A stretch of DNA of 62,923 bases, filler included, from Sphacelaria rigidula (lineage: Eukaryota), in NCBI GenBank assembly GCA_964200075.2. It is 7 parts of 7 records of this genome, joined end to end, with 100 filler letters (N's around TTAATTAATTAA, not from the genome) between each part and the next. Parts side by side here need not be neighbours in the genome. Positions count along the whole stretch, not along the records: positions 54,021 to 62,923 come from CAXNAA020009796.1; 6 more parts are not named here. One strand, 5' to 3'. Made by a program: the position numbers and the translations under genes. Below the pieces are notes generated by a model that had not been told where the DNA came from, did no database searches, and saw only the letters and a program-made list of their open reading frames with translations. Each line of letters opens with the position of its first letter. Positions within the stretch are counted from its first letter, which is position 1. Below, in pieces: positions 61,220 through 62,923 of the stretch.

Positions 61220-62415
61220 GATTTCGTTTATCCTGACATGACTGAAGACGCACGTTATTGGAACGATCGCGCAGTATTCGCTACCACCAATGCAACCATT
61301 AATAAGTGTAACGAATGTATCTCATCTGACCGCCCCGACCAAAACGTGTCATTTTTCAGCTCAGATTCCTTAATTTCGGATGAATCAACCACAACACTGC
61401 ATTCGCCGCTCCTGAACACCTCAACCAACTTCACGTTTCCGGCGTCCCGCCCCACGAGCTTAAACTCCAGTCAAATACATTAGCCATGATAGTGCGAAAT
61501 CTTAACTTTTCCTCGGGTTTAGTGAACGGTCAAAAGTGTGTTCTCCATGCAATTTCCCCTAACAGTCGTGTAATACATGCTGAACTTCTTACTGAAGAAG
61601 TACCTCATCCAATAGTCTTTGTTATCCCAAGAATAAATTTCACAGCTACCGTTGGTAAAAAAGGTATTTTTTTTTCACGTGTGCAATTTCCACTCCGAAC
61701 TGCCTACGCCATGACTATAAACAAAAGTCAAGGTCAGATATTGTCTCGCATTGGACTCGATTTATGTTCTTCAGCATTCGCTCATGGACAACTTTATGTC
61801 GCTTTAAGCCGTGCACAAAACAAAAAATCAATCATGCGTCTTCTTCCTCCCAATCAAGTTGTAGACGGCGTGCCTTACACCGACAACATCGTTTATCCTC
61901 CGTTTACCGAAGCTGCTACAGGCATTCTCATCAACGAACCGTTTTCACCCATTTTTCATCCTGATCTTCTCCCTCCTCCTCTTCCAAAGATTCCTTATTA
62001 GTATTTACACAACGAAATTGGCGACGGTGCATGTGGTTTCAGAGCCCTTGCACGGCACTTCCTCGGAGATCCTGATATGCACCTTCAAATTCGTCAGCAA
62101 GTCGTGCAATACATGTCGAACAATCGTAGCAACAACGACCTTCGCATACACGAAGGCATTGACATAGAAATCCTCTACGCTTCAGGACTGCAACCCTCCA
62201 CGTATTCCTCTTTTAATGAATATCTTACTATAATGTCTTCACAGTAGACGTATACAGTGTCGGACAACCGAAAATCACTGCTGTAGTCGCCCTGTTCGGA
62301 AAACAAATATATGTTCACTTAGACGACTCAACTTTACCTCCTTCTCACTTCGCCACAACGGATGACGTTCACGTACGTTACACAATTGCATCTAGGTATT
62401 GCGATTATTACAAAC
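61220..62415 (+). mobile_element. Helitron RepHel C-terminus: PIF1-like helicase plus OTU domain, decayed
   Basis: DFVYPD..RAVFATTN; RNLN...GLVNG; IPRI; RVQFPLRTAYAMTINKSQGQ; HGQLYVALSR; after an in-frame TAG (61999-62001), GDGACGFRALARHFLGDPDMHLQIRQQVVQYM (OTU D-x-x-C). Confidence 0.92.
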
Positions 62416-62860
62416 TCATTGTCGCGGACACCGTGCATCATTCCGCCCTCTCCTTTTCAGGTGGTGGTTCATCTTCTCCTCCTTGAAAACACACTTCCGT
62501 CATCAGGAGGAATGCTCAGCGCAGGCAGTCACCTTCTACTCATCAATATGTGTCTTCTTTTGTAGTCTCTGCTTTCCGTTCCCGTCGACTCCCACAACGT
62601 TTTGTTGCGTCTTGATTTCTATTTTATCTTTTCATTTCGTGACCGAGTGTTTCTGTTCAGCATTTATATCTGTGTTCCTCTTGAAGATTTCCGTAGATGT
62701 CCTGGGATGTTGCCAGCATCAATATACGTCCTCTCTGTAGTTGAATCTTCGTACATGTTCGTTATGCAGTTTCATGTTGATACGCTAATGTTCACGGATA
62801 TTTTTTAGCTCGCGATTGTACAGGTTTACATTGCTTCTTCGCGAGCAACATACATATCAA

Positions 62861-62923
62861 CAGGGTTGCCAGAAACATGAGAACGTATTTTGAAATGAGA
62901 ATCAACCGCTTCCCGGGATTGTG
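62861..62923 (+). mobile_element. End of hAT-like TIR element (same family as 8850-8904)
   Basis: cagggttgccagaaacatgagaacgtattttgaaatgagaatcaaccgct. Confidence 0.5.

Overview
Eukaryotic, intron-rich, repeat-rich DNA. A brown alga (Phaeophyceae, Ectocarpus-like) is the most likely source; this is an inference from long introns, poly-G/C tracts and the repeat families. The window is not one locus. It is seven contigs of 8903-8904 bp joined by artificial N44-TTAATTAATTAA-N44 linkers, so only within-contig context is meaningful. Spliced genes were reconstructed by hand with consistent intron phases: (contig 1) the 3' five exons of a two-domain glyoxalase I-like gene with a GC-AG intron and apparently lost metal ligands; (contig 2) three exons of an RNF126/RNF115-like E3 ligase; (contig 3) a decayed USP10-like deubiquitinase pseudogene beside decayed Ty3/Gypsy and probable Ty1/Copia relics; (contig 4) the last three exons of a short-chain dehydrogenase/reductase; (contig 6) a gene with an apparently inactive trypsin-like peptidase domain plus ankyrin-like exons, with a 107-nt pre-miRNA-like hairpin between two of its exons. 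Contig 5 is almost entirely nested non-autonomous elements, including a Sola2-like MITE whose empty site is visible in a paralogous copy. Contig 7 joins a Gypsy pol, an orphan ~580-codon open frame and a Helitron helicase-OTU fragment. Two dispersed retroposon 3'-end systems recur across contigs: a CCACGG covarying stem-loop before microsatellite tails, and a family that sits in poly-C tracts. No database searches or folding programs were run; family calls come from motif recognition.
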